A DNA stretch of 62,141 nucleotides, the filler included, from Diploschistes diacapsis (Eukaryota): the NCBI GenBank assembly GCA_023645945.1. It is 9 parts of 9 records of this genome, joined end to end, with 100 filler letters (N's around TTAATTAATTAA, not from the genome) between each part and the next. Parts side by side here need not be neighbours in the genome. Positions count along the whole stretch, not along the records: positions 48,516 to 55,280 come from JALAIB010001350.1; positions 55,381 to 62,141 come from JALAIB010001351.1; 7 more parts are not named here. One strand, given 5' to 3'. The notes under the pieces were generated by a model. The model saw only the letters and a list, made by a program, of their open reading frames with translations, made no database searches and was not told the DNA's origin. Numbering within the stretch: position 1 is the stretch's first letter; each line of letters begins with the position of its first letter. Both the position numbers and the translations under genes were made by a program. Shown piece after piece: positions 49,298-60,092 of the stretch.

Positions 49298-52009
49298 TTA
49301 TTCGATATGATAAGCCTCGGAGGACGATGCAGCAGGCTCCTCGGTCTCTTCGGGGAAGGCCTCCGATAGTGGACTTCTTGCCTTGTCGGAATCCGTGATG
49401 CTCCTCGCGGCTTCTGCGGACGATCGAGCCGGTATATTGAGAAGTCTCGCACTCCCTGCGCTTAGTTGTCTGACATGCCCTCTCCCCCCATAATCGACGC
49501 TAGTTGCTCGGTGGATTACGGTAGGTTCTCTTTCAGGCGTCTCTGGGGTGTCCGGGGAGGCTGGCGATACAGGCGAATCCTCTTCGGCATTCGCAAACTC
49601 GCCGATTAGAACTTCCCGCGACTTGGCGTAAGGACTTCGTTGTACGATGTTCGGTGTCCGACCTTTGACCGTGTTGTATTTAATCGAGCCATCATCGTCT
49701 TCGTTTTCTGCATGCATCTCCCGATAGTCCTCGCCATCACCAACCGAAGACGTGCGTAGATACCGAAGCTGGGCGCTCAGACCGCCCGGGCCACTTACAG
49801 CACCCATGCCAACTTCGCGGCGTGCAAAGCTGGGCTCGGCGGCAGCCTCTCCCTTCTCCTCGTTGAGATCCTGCGACGTCGAAGCTTGGCTTGCTCGAAC
49901 AGAACTTATAGGAATCGAAGACCTCTTGGGCTGCCGACCAGATAGCCAGGAGCCTTCCGAATCAATCGATGCCAGGGACTGAGAAAGAAGTGCACTCGTA
50001 GGGCCCTCGGGGCTAGGTGTACGCATTGATTGGTTGAGGGAGACTTGTTCCCTGAATGCAGGATGCACGTCTTCGATGGGTGTGGACACCCTAGCTTCCT
50101 CGTCGAGATTCTCGAGCTTAGTTTGATCGTCGATATACGGCGAAGACGGCGAGGCGGGCTGTCCCACTTCCGGAGACTGGATCCGAGACCTCGGTGGGGA
50201 TATGGGGAAGTCGGGCAGATCTTCGCGGAATTTCGACTGCGTCCGTTGCGGCAGTGGGCCTTTTCGGAAACTTCGCTGAACAATGGCGGCACCGGGTGGC
50301 GATTGACCGAAACGAGCGAACGATTCTCTGGACGTATTGGAGAACTCGGACGGTGCATGTCGGTCTCTATCGGGTGACTTCCTTTGCGCCTTTGTACCGC
50401 GTCGTCGGAAGAAAGAGGTCCACGAGCTGCCTCCGGCGCGACCGCTGGATTCAGAGTCTCGTCTCGGCGCTTCCGGCGGTCGCAGGCATTGAGGTTCCGG
50501 TAAGGGAGGAAGTTCGGTGACTTCCTGCGAGGTGGGAGAGGATACAAGGTTTGACAGGCCGGATGGCCCTCGGGGCTGCCTCTGAACTGGCGATAACGGT
50601 GGCGACATGCTTGCGCTCGATAGTCGGACAGCCTTCGCAGTCTCTATGATGGGCTCGTCTTTCATACTGGCCTGCTCGCTGTCGGGTCCAGGACCGAGGT
50701 GGGCTTCCCCTGCAGAATCCTTGAAAGGGTCCGCGGAAGGCGAAGGCGATCGTTCTCCCGATGGGGCCTGTAACCACGGAGAAGAAGGCTGTGCCGCCTC
50801 TCTTTCCGCAGCTGCGGCCGAACTCTCACCAGGTACGCGATGTTGGCCTGGAGTCGCGTTGGCCGAACTGGCGTCTTCCATCTCCGTATCGACATTGTTC
50901 TGCTGGTTTCCTGCGGCAGATTGAGCGCCGGCAGCCTTCTGTCGCTCGGCTCTTCTCTGTGACTTGCGTTGCAGCTTCTCACAATCCGCCTTCTTCTTCT
51001 TCCTCTCCCTCCTTCGACGATCCCGTTCCATGAGTTCTCTAATCGCCTTTGCGTCGAGGTCATCGGCCAGATCGTCCATCCTTGCCGTAAGACTGAAGGG
51101 CTCTTCGGGGATAGCTGGCGCCTTTTCTTTCCTGACCGACGCCCTCGACGCACGGTTCTCCCTGCTACCCAGCCGTGGGCTCTCCGCATACTTGATGGTC
51201 GGCCGAGGGGAGAGCGCATCCATGGCGCCGACCTTGTAGCTGTGCTGCCATTCCGAACCGGCAGACATGGAGGATCGCACCGAGTCCGGTGCCGGTACCG
51301 GTAGCGAAACTTCCGAATTCGGCCGTTCAAAGTGTCGATTTAAGCCTCCTGGGACTCGTTTGGTATCGCGAGCGAGCGGACTGCTTGAGAATGTCTGTGG
51401 CCGTTTGGGAATAGGTATGGGCGATGTCATGGCCTTGATCGCCTGCTCCCGATCTCTTGACTCCGACTTTCTCTTGCTCGATTTCCTTCGCGCGGCATCG
51501 GACGTCTTGCCGTCTTGCTTCGGGCGTAAGGTAGGAACTTCAGCGTTAAGGCGCATGACTGTGAAATTATGCTCGGGCTGTAGGCTTGTTTGGGATGCGC
51601 TGTTAGCGTGTTCGAAAATGGCAGGGGGAGGAGCTGTCTCCGGGATCTGTGGTTTAGCAAGCGGCGCTCGTGATGGACCGGCCCGTTCGCGCTGCTCCTG
51701 TACGGCAGCAACTTTCTCGTCGAAGGGATCTGTCGAAACCAATTCGTGTGGCGGGGGCGATACTTGCGGTCTTAATGCAGACTTTTCGGGTATCGGAGGT
51801 TTCGTTTCAGGTGGATGCGGGAGAGTCCGGAGAGGTTTTGTTTCCTTTCGCAATGTCTTTTGACGATTGCGCTGCTTTGACTTCACGGGGGGCGGTGGAT
51901 ATAAATCTGGGCTGTTTTTTGTAGCTTGTCGTGCCGTAGAGCCGTCGGCCTCTTTCTCCTGAAGCTTCTCGGCCTTCTTCTTTCTGCGACCGAATGGCCA
52001 AAACGCCAT
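49298..52009 (-). CDS. Hypothetical 903-aa Ser/Pro/Arg-rich, largely disordered protein
   Basis: Long intronless ORF starting MAFWPFGRRKK, with short ordered-looking islands (LADDLDAKAIRELMERD, SWTSFFRR, SLASIDSEGSWLSG). Confidence 0.85.
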   Translation of the reverse strand: MAFWPFGRRKKKAEKLQEKEADGSTARQATKNSPDLYPPPPVKSKQRNRQKTLRKETKPLRTLPHPPETKPPIPEKSALRPQVSPPPHELVSTDPFDEKVAAVQEQRERAGPSRAPLAKPQIPETAPPPAIFEHANSASQTSLQPEHNFTVMRLNAEVPTLRPKQDGKTSDAARRKSSKRKSESRDREQAIKAMTSPIPIPKRPQTFSSSPLARDTKRVPGGLNRHFERPNSEVSLPVPAPDSVRSSMSAGSEWQHSYKVGAMDALSPRPTIKYAESPRLGSRENRASRASVRKEKAPAIPEEPFSLTARMDDLADDLDAKAIRELMERDRRRRERKKKKADCEKLQRKSQRRAERQKAAGAQSAAGNQQNNVDTEMEDASSANATPGQHRVPGESSAAAAEREAAQPSSPWLQAPSGERSPSPSADPFKDSAGEAHLGPGPDSEQASMKDEPIIETAKAVRLSSASMSPPLSPVQRQPRGPSGLSNLVSSPTSQEVTELPPLPEPQCLRPPEAPRRDSESSGRAGGSSWTSFFRRRGTKAQRKSPDRDRHAPSEFSNTSRESFARFGQSPPGAAIVQRSFRKGPLPQRTQSKFREDLPDFPISPPRSRIQSPEVGQPASPSSPYIDDQTKLENLDEEARVSTPIEDVHPAFREQVSLNQSMRTPSPEGPTSALLSQSLASIDSEGSWLSGRQPKRSSIPISSVRASQASTSQDLNEEKGEAAAEPSFARREVGMGAVSGPGGLSAQLRYLRTSSVGDGEDYREMHAENEDDDGSIKYNTVKGRTPNIVQRSPYAKSREVLIGEFANAEEDSPVSPASPDTPETPEREPTVIHRATSVDYGGRGHVRQLSAGSARLLNIPARSSAEAARSITDSDKARSPLSEAFPEETEEPAASSSEAYHIE

Positions 52010-53348
52010 GCCGTCAGGAGGAGGGCTCAGTGAATTGTGGTCTCCACCGACCCGTCGCCTCCTGCGACGCCAACATAGAGGTGACAGAGACAGTGCGAGA
52101 AAACATTAAATGAACGGATGTGGAAGGAATGACGAAAACGATATCTCTGCGGGCGGCGATCGCAGGCCGGATTTTAAGTATCTGGGGGACGAGTTTGCAA
52201 GTGGGAGCTGTGGGACGCTGGGCAGTTGGATTCGATGGTGGCGGCGTGGTGGCTTGAAATCCCCCAATGAAGCGCAATCACCGAAAGGACCAATCACCTC
52301 GGCGGGGTGGGCGTTGGAGCAAGAAAGGCCTTTTTCCTGGGGGGCAGGCGGGAGCGAGAGATCTCGACGAAAGAAAGAAGGATCGTGAAATGCTAATTCT
52401 AATTCTTAATGTGCGAGCGTTGGGGAAAAAGCCGTGCAACCCACAAACGACAGGGCGAGGAGCGAGTTCTTGCACTTATTTATGCATAACGAGTTCATAT
52501 TCATAGTAGATATACGGACAGGACACGATATCTGATATGATAAGTTAGTTAGTTCCCTGTGGCTTTCTGCTACTGTATGTACTTATCAACTAGTACTAAG
52601 TGAGTATGCCCCAAGCAGCCACACTTCCACCTAACTTTAGCTGAGCGCCCCTGGGGGCTTTCCGTTGCCTGTTGTTGGCTGCTGACTAAGGAGAATTCAT
52701 GAATGATGAATGAATGACATGTAGTTGTAGTAGTAGTAGCAGTAGAATGATATACACACACACAGCAGTTACTCGCATTTGAAGCTTTACTATCCATCAT
52801 GCTCCTCCTCGCACCTTTGGTGGATGCCTAATGAATTATGGACTGAGATTAGTGAGATCTTCCTTCCGTCAAAAGGACTCCTGCACTAGAATCACGAGCC
52901 TGAACAGTCATGCCTCCAAGAATTTTTTGTACAACTCAATTTCTGCCACGACTCTATAAGGTTCTGGACGGGAGACCCGCCATTGGTTCGCGAAAGGCTC
53001 TCGCATTCTATACTATCATACAGCGCGATTTTTGGCTTGATGACAGCAGACAAAGCCGATCACTTAGCAGTCAGTTGGCCTGAATGAATCCTCGATTTTC
53101 CCCCTTTTTTGACTAAAAGGTCTCAGAGATCCGAGTGGGACCTAGCCCCAAATGTCCGCTTGTTGGTTGGGCTTGCGCAGAACATTACAGGTTGCTTTCC
53201 TATTTACAGATGAGAATTAGTGGATAGTCGAGGAGTACTAGCGTGTATTGAACACGGACAACAAGCAGACTATGCATCTCCTTCAGCGTTTAATAATAAT
53301 ATACCAATTGATAATTAACCCCGTTACATAGATACATAACTTAAGTTA

Positions 53349-53548
53349 ACGTGTTTCACCACACAACGGAACACACCACAAAGCGGAACACTACATTATA
53401 ATGTAATCAAAAAAAGGCCGAAGAACGGGGTAGTGTAGTTGAGAACAGATTTAGCTTCGTACAAATATGGAAGCGCTCGATCTAGCGCAATTACATTATA
53501 ATGTAATGTTCCGCTTTGTGGTGTGTTCCGTTGCGTGGTGAAACACGT
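53349..53548. mobile_element. MITE copy 2, 200 bp, 59-bp TIRs, TA target-site duplication
   Basis: TA|ACGTGTTTCACC...GGTGAAACACGT|TA. TIRs at 53349-53407 and 53490-53548 differ at 2 positions. No coding capacity. Confidence 0.93.
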
Positions 53549-53792
53549 TACATAAATACTAAAGTTGTTTAGTAAGGCTGAGAAATCCCGGCGCGGAAAA
53601 AAGCAAGGCCGCGGTGTGAAGTTGGCGCCCTCGGGACCTTTCTCTCTCTCGCTAATCCACAAGCAAAGTAAACAAAAACATACATCGAGAGAACTTTGCA
53701 ATCTGCGCGCTTTGTCACAGCACTCATTCCACATAAACATCAACCCCGCCTCAATCCATTCCTCCCCCCGCCTCCCCACCGATCTCGCGAAG

Positions 53793-55280
53793 ATGGACTA
53801 CAACGCGCGCATGTCGCAGCAATTCCGGCAGACCCAGACGGGCCGCCACGGCGCGTCGGCGGGCGTGGGCAAGCAGACGAAGGCGCGCAAAGAAGAGGCG
53901 GACGACCCGATGCGGCTGGTAAAAAAGAAATCCCCCCCCTCGGGCGGGATGCCCACGCGGGGACGCTGGTTGCTGACACGAGCAAACCTCAGGACGACCG
54001 GGAGATCGCGGGCTGCATCAGCGACGTGGGGATGCCGGGGTTCGGGGTGGAGGACCTGCAGCAGCCGGCGCCGGCGCTGATCCAGCGCGTGTTCGAGTGG
54101 TTCGCCGAGCTGCTGACCAACACGACGCGCGAGACGGTCGAGCCGGCCATGCGCGAGGCCGCGCGCGACGTCTGCGGCGACGACATGCTCGACCTCGTCC
54201 CGCCGGACGCCCGCAACCTGCTGGGCTTCTTTGCCAGCCTGCGCAAGATCCTCGTCAAGGTACGTCGTCGCCCATCGTTTTGCTGCTGCCGTCGTCCTTT
54301 TTTTTAATTCCCCTTCGTCCGAGCGAGCACACGCGCACCTGTGCGTAAATTGCTTTTTTTTTTTTCGAAATGCGCTTGTTTTACCCCCGTGTGAAGGGGG
54401 GGGGCAGAATGAATCGGCTAACGGCTACGCCTCCCAACCTCGGGGGCGGTGGAAAAAAACAGTGCGGTATCGACGACCTGACCTTCGCGGACCTCCTGCG
54501 CCCGACCTACCCGCGGCTCGTGCGCATCTTCTCCTACATCATCAACTTCGTGCGCTTCCGCGAGGACCAAACGTCGGCGATAGACCGGCACTTCGGGCTG
54601 GTGGAGAGCACGAAGCACGGGATCGAGACCCTGTACGCGTCCAACGCGGAGCTCCAGTCTCGGCTGGAGCACCTGCGGCTGCAGCGCGTCAACCAGGAGA
54701 GCGCGAACCGGGAGAAAACGGCGCGCAACAGCGCGCTGAAGGAGCGGCTGCTGGAGCTCAAGAAGGCGCAGGAGAAGGTGGCGCTGGACATGGAGCGCGT
54801 GCGCCGGACCAAGGCCGAGCTGACGGCCTCCCTGGCCGCCAAGACGGAGCGCACGCTGTCCCTGCAGAAGGAGTGCGACCGGCTCTCGCCCTACGCCAGC
54901 CAGAGCAGCGCCGCGCTGCAGGCCCAGCTGAACGAGCTCTCGGCCGCGCTGGCGCGGGAGAAGGCGCTCGCCGAGGCCGCGTCGCGCCGGCACCGCGCGC
55001 TGCACACGAGCTCCGCCGCCTTCTCCGCCGCCGCGGGTGACGTGGCCGCGCTGCTGCCGCTGCTGGACGCCACCTACGCCGCCGCCGCGGACGAGCGCGC
55101 CGAGGAGCTGGAGGCTCAGAAGAGGCGCGAGGCGCTGGGCGAGCGGGGCCAGGACGTGCGGGAGGTGGAGCGCACGGAGGCGCTGCTGGCGCGGCAGCTG
55201 GCCGGCTGGGTGGAGCGCACGCGGGAGTTGAGGGAGAGGGAGAGGGAGAGGGGGGAGAGGGACAGGGAGCGGATGGAGGG
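53793..55280 (+). CDS. NUF2: Kinetochore Ndc80-complex subunit Nuf2, 3'-truncated
   Basis: DDREIAGCISDVG...IQRVFEWFAELL, CGIDDLTFADLLRPTYPRLVRIFSYIINFVRFRE, then coiled coil. Confidence 0.92.
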
Positions 55281-55380
55281 NNNNNNNNNNNNNNNNNNNN
55301 NNNNNNNNNNNNNNNNNNNNNNNNTTAATTAATTAANNNNNNNNNNNNNNNNNNNNNNNNNNNNNNNNNNNNNNNNNNNN

Positions 55381-56076
55381 GGAGGCGGAGGAGGAGGAGG
55401 CATGTACACGCACACGCCGGAAGGAGACGGGGAGGAAAGGGAAGCGAAGACGAGGATGTACCGGTCCGAGGGCGAGGTGTTGCCGCTGCCCTCGCCGGAG
55501 ACGCCGACGACCCAGCACGAAAACCCCCCCAACGGCGACCGCCGCGCCCGACGACGGAACTCGTCCGGCGGCAGCGCAGCAGCGGCGAGCGACGCCTCGC
55601 GGAAGCGCAGCCGCGGCGAGATGATGGAAGAGGGCGAGGAAGACGGGGAGCTGGTGGAGACGAACCGGGGCCGAAGCGAAAGCGGCGCGCGCGAGGAGAA
55701 GCGCGCGAGGCGGGACGAGCCGGCCGGGGTGGTTGGGGCAAGGATGCCGCCGCGGCACGTGAACGTGGACGGCGCGAACGGGACGGCACAAGGGAGCGGC
55801 GAGGGCGGCGATGTCGGCGACGATGCCGATGTTGATGCCAACGGATCTGCTCCTGCTGAGCGAAGAAACGAAGCGACCGCCCGGCGGCACGGAGCGCCTT
55901 CTTCCAACGCGGACCCGAATTCGAACTCGAACCCCAGCTCCAACTCCGGCACCGCAGCGGCTGCGGCTCCACTTATAGAAGCCGGACGAGGAGGGCTACT
56001 GAGTCCGAACCTGAACGACGACGGCAACATGAACGGCAATGGCAACGGCAGCGAGGAGGGTGAGGTGGAGCAGTGA
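55381..56076 (+). CDS. 3' end of an unidentified low-complexity protein
   Basis: Frame is open from the contig start to TGA at 56074-56076, with strong codon periodicity. No recognisable domain. Confidence 0.5.
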   Translation, partial: GGGGGGGMYTHTPEGDGEEREAKTRMYRSEGEVLPLPSPETPTTQHENPPNGDRRARRRNSSGGSAAAASDASRKRSRGEMMEEGEEDGELVETNRGRSESGAREEKRARRDEPAGVVGARMPPRHVNVDGANGTAQGSGEGGDVGDDADVDANGSAPAERRNEATARRHGAPSSNADPNSNSNPSSNSGTAAAAAPLIEAGRGGLLSPNLNDDGNMNGNGNGSEEGEVEQ

Positions 56077-56565
56077 TTAGCGGCACGTTGATCTTCTAAC
56101 GGAAAATTATCTCGAGAGCGCTGCTTGGTCGTCGATTATATCTGATAGAAGCTAGGGCCTGAAATGTTTGGAACGTAATAGCAGTTAGGTAGCTGCAGAT
56201 CGACGAGTGGGCCTGGCAGATAATATGGGAGCACTTGAGCATTGGGCGTTTAGCTGGATGGGATACCCACTTGTCGGGCACTGTATGCAGGCACAAGTAC
56301 TCTCGTACAACCATGAAATCATCAATTCTGCCTTCCTAATCGCTAGCTATGTGAATTGGTTCCGACAAGATAGAATTCCAGCAAAGACATCTTCACCAAG
56401 AACAACTCGAAATCATGGACGCGCACGCTTGTCATTTCTCCACCATCCATACCAACTTCCCCAGTCAATGGTCCTCCGGGACCGCCAGACTCCAGGTGAC
56501 AAGAATGTCACCTTCTCTGTTCGATTGGCTACTACTGTAGCTGTAGTCCATAGCTCACTGTGCCC

Positions 56566-58426
56566 TCACAACTCCTCCCTAGCGCGATCAGTGGCCTGCT
56601 GGGCCGCCTCACCAGCGCGGTTAGTGGCTTGCTTGGCACCTTCCTTAACGTAGTCGCTGGCCTTCTCGGCTTGATAAGCGGCTTCCTTTTGGCCAGACGA
56701 AGATCCGATCTTGAGCTGATCCATGACCCACTGAACATTCTGCTGAAGCTTGGACCAAATAGTCCCCTGCGGGGTGGTGGTGCCGTAGCGGAAGTAGTTG
56801 GCATTGCGGCGAGCCATAGCGCGCAGTTCATTGGTGGTGCTTCCTTGGTATCCTGACACACCATAGGAGTCCAAGTATGACTTGAGGTCGGAATCGGACC
56901 AGGTGTCGAAAGCGCTATCCTTGGCAGAGTCGGTAGCAGTAGCTAGGTAAGACGTAACAGATGCATAAGTGCTTCCACCAGACTTTGAGGCGCTGGCGTA
57001 CGCGTCTTGAGCCTGCTTGACGAGTTCATCACGGCTGGCACCGCTCTTCTTGGCAGCCTTGTTATTCTGCGCAGAAAGCCATTTCCTGTTCAGGTGAGTT
57101 TAGGTCTTGACAACACAGCCGAGAACGCTTACTTGAGGTTCTCCGTGGTCCAGGTATCGAAGGTCCAAGCATTGAATCCGGTTTCGGCCTTGTGCTTGTT
57201 GAGGCGAACCTTGGACAAGAGCTCGTCTCTCTTGCCAGCCTGCGGAACCGGAATACCACGGGAATCGAGATAGGCCTTGAGACGACTGTCGCTCCACGAG
57301 TTAACGGCGGTATCAAAAGCGTCACCTGCCGCCAAAGTTGCGTCGTCGGTAGCCTGGGCATATTGGTTGCCGGCCTTGGTAGTGGCGGCACCGAAGCCAC
57401 TCTCTACGGAAGCAGAGGCTGAGGAAGCTTCGTTCAAGAGCGACTGTCGGTTCTTGCGAACGATAGCGAGGAGTTCATTGCGCTTGGATCCCTGGGGAAC
57501 TTTAATGCTGTTCTTGTCCGCCCACTCTTTGAGCTGACTATCGCTCCAGGAGTCGAAGAGGGCGTCGCCCAAGCTCTTCTGAGCCGCCTCGGCAGAAGAC
57601 GAAGCAGCAGACGACGCTGACTTCATGTTCAGACTGGCTTGACGAGAGTTACGGCGGACAGAAGCAATGAGTTTATCACGGGTAGATGGTTGTGGAACAG
57701 GGATGCCGCGCTCATCAAGGTATTCCTTGAGGTCGGATTGGCTCCAAGAATCGTACACCCAGTCACCAGGATAATGGACATATTCATTGGCCTTACCGGC
57801 GGCTGATTCGTAGTTTGAGCGGACGGCAGCCAACAGGGTATCGCGCTTGCGAGGCTGGGGTACGGGAATGCCATGCTTATCACAGAAAGACTTCAACTGA
57901 CTATCGGTCCAACTACACGTCCGTTAGCTTCCACTAGATTCTGACTTAGGGCCGGTTAGGTATCTTTACCTATCAAACATCCAGTCACGGATGCTCGAAT
58001 AAGCATTTGATGCAGAATCGGAGCTTTCAGTCCAAGAAGATTTGACCTGCTTGACCAAGGAATCCTTGCTTGCACCGGCAGTGTTTGAAGTTTCTTGTCC
58101 CTTAGACTTCAGGTATTGCTGCAATTGAGGAGTGTCCCATTCATTGTACGGGTAGACGACTTTCTCGTTCCAGTTGTTCTTGACCAGGTTCTCAAGATCC
58201 TTCCGGTCAGCTGGAGTGGGGTATGGGACGTTGTGATCCGAGAGCCAACGCTCAAGTTCACTTTCATGCCATTTGTTGTAGACTATACGGCTGTTAGCTT
58301 GATCTCTAATCTTTCACCAGGCGTCCTAGGTGTGATATAGTACATACCAGCCTTGCTGAACCAAGTACTAGCAACAGCTGTCTCGGCAGCAAGTGCCAAG
58401 ACGAGTACTGATAGAGAGAACTTCAT
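56566..58426 (-). CDS. Ish1/Msc1-family stress-responsive nuclear envelope protein
   Basis: Signal peptide MKFSLSVLVLALAA, followed by repeated W(S)xSxLKxYLDxxGIPVP units; three introns. Confidence 0.9.
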
Positions 58427-58587
58427 GATGGATGTCTAAGAGGAATTGACATCCAGATACGGTAGTTTGAATGTTGGATGACTTTCTGGGAGGAAGAAAA
58501 GGAAAAAGGGTTGGTTCAGGAAGAAGTTTGTGAAGTCAAGCCACACACTAATAATGAGCAAAGTGAGCAAAGCCAAGTGTACACAGA

Positions 58588-58841
58588 TGACGTATTTATC
58601 TCATCTTCCGTGTTTTCTTTCTCACCGTCACCGACGCACCGTCACGATTGCTAGCTATGGTTTGCACGACTATTACCCAGCACCTTCTTATACATGCTAA
58701 AGCTTCGTTCCACTTATGACTATGGAAAATCAGTCTTTTCCCTTGTTTTCAAGGCTTTTGCTCGGCATCGCCGATTGCTTGTGGCGTTGAGGTGCTGAGG
58801 TGCTGGAGCTCTCCCCAAGGTAACGGAGGCCAGTGACGTAA
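58588..58841. promoter_or_regulatory. Two CRE-like sites (TGACGTA 58588-58594; TGACGTAA 58834-58841) upstream of the Ish1-like gene
   Basis: ATF/CREB consensus. S. pombe ish1 is induced through the stress-MAPK/Atf1 pathway. Confidence 0.45.
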
Positions 58842-59348
58842 ACAATGCCGCATAGCAACAATCAGCCTAAGCGTGTCGATGCGGCCCGATTGTGAGAGAC
58901 TCATGCAATGGGGGCTACGGGAACCAAAACAATCTTCTTATTTACAGAAGGGATGATCTCAATGATCCTGCCCTAGACATCAATAGCTCCAGCCAGGCAT
59001 CGCCGGCTTCATTGTCGATTGTTCTCAGCAAATTGGAGGCAGAAGGTTTTTAATTGAACGTGAATTGCACATTCCCTGTGCTAGTCGCCAATTCGCGCTT
59101 GCTCTTCATCATGATAGGAAAAGTATGCATGCTCAATATCGTACAGTAAAGTACCTCCAACAGTAGAGCTATCGAATGGCATCAAACAAGAGGATAGGTA
59201 TTCCCTGGCCCAGTCAGTCTTCCTATTTTTCTATACCCACCCATGTGGGTGGTGTTCACGATATTCCTAATACCCTTACATTCTTCGTAAAATACAAGTC
59301 GACCTGATCATCCAAGAGTCATAGGCCATGGAGGTGTACTCGGTCAAC

Positions 59349-59737
59349 TCATGGCTCTCGATCAGCTCCACCTTGACCTAAAATACGATTTAATTAGCTG
59401 GTTTGCTCTTGCAAAGACCGTTCGAGCACTCCTCACCACTCCAGAACTGCTTGCCCACTTTCTGCTTGTCCTCCGACCCGATCCTGTTCACCGACCGATC
59501 TGGCCGCTTCTCAAACTCTTGATTATGCTTCTTCACCTCCTCTGTTTCTTGGGCAGGAGGTGCATGCTCCAGAATGACTGGTCTCGCATTCTTATCCCCC
59601 TGCTTCTGGATACCACTTCCTACCTCGGCTTGCTTGGAGTCATCTGCGTAGAACCGTGTAGATTGAAGAGGAAGGGCGCGAAGCTGCGGGGCAAACAGGC
59701 TGCGGAATGATCTTGGTGCAGAGCGGATTACGGCCAT
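59349..59737 (-). CDS. Small protein with a mitochondrial-presequence-like N-terminus
   Basis: MAVIRSAPRSFRSLFAPQLRALPLQSTRFYA...VKKHNQEFEKR...FWSG|QGGADREP*; one intron. Confidence 0.75.
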
Positions 59738-60092
59738 GGTGGCTAGAGTCTTGAGCGAGGGCAAGTTATCTAGGGAAGTAGAGGTAGAATTTGGTAGTGA
59801 ACAGCTGTCAATAGCTTTGACCTTGTTGAACGACGAAAACGTTGCAGTTAATTAGGAGCTTCGAGAGAGAGAACCAGCGGATCGGAGCAGTGCAGGATGA
59901 TATCATTTCCGAAGATTTTGCTGGACAATCGGCCCGCTAAGTCCTGAACCGTAACCGAAAACAATCGGTCAACCAAGCACATCGGGCCGAACAATCTCAA
60001 TAGGTACCCCGAGTACTTCAAAGTTTGTCAGTTCATCAGAGAACGTGCCTTCTTGTTTACGGATTCGATTCGACAATCGAATCGATACGAAA

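Noticed and set aside
53322..53335. CGTTACATAGATAC resembling the MITE right junction, as a long target duplication
   Set aside because: Not adjacent to the left terminus and AT-rich; the TA duplication already explains the insertion.
55281..56076. ORF after the gap as the continuation of NUF2
   Set aside because: Different contig, and the sequence lacks Nuf2 coiled-coil character.
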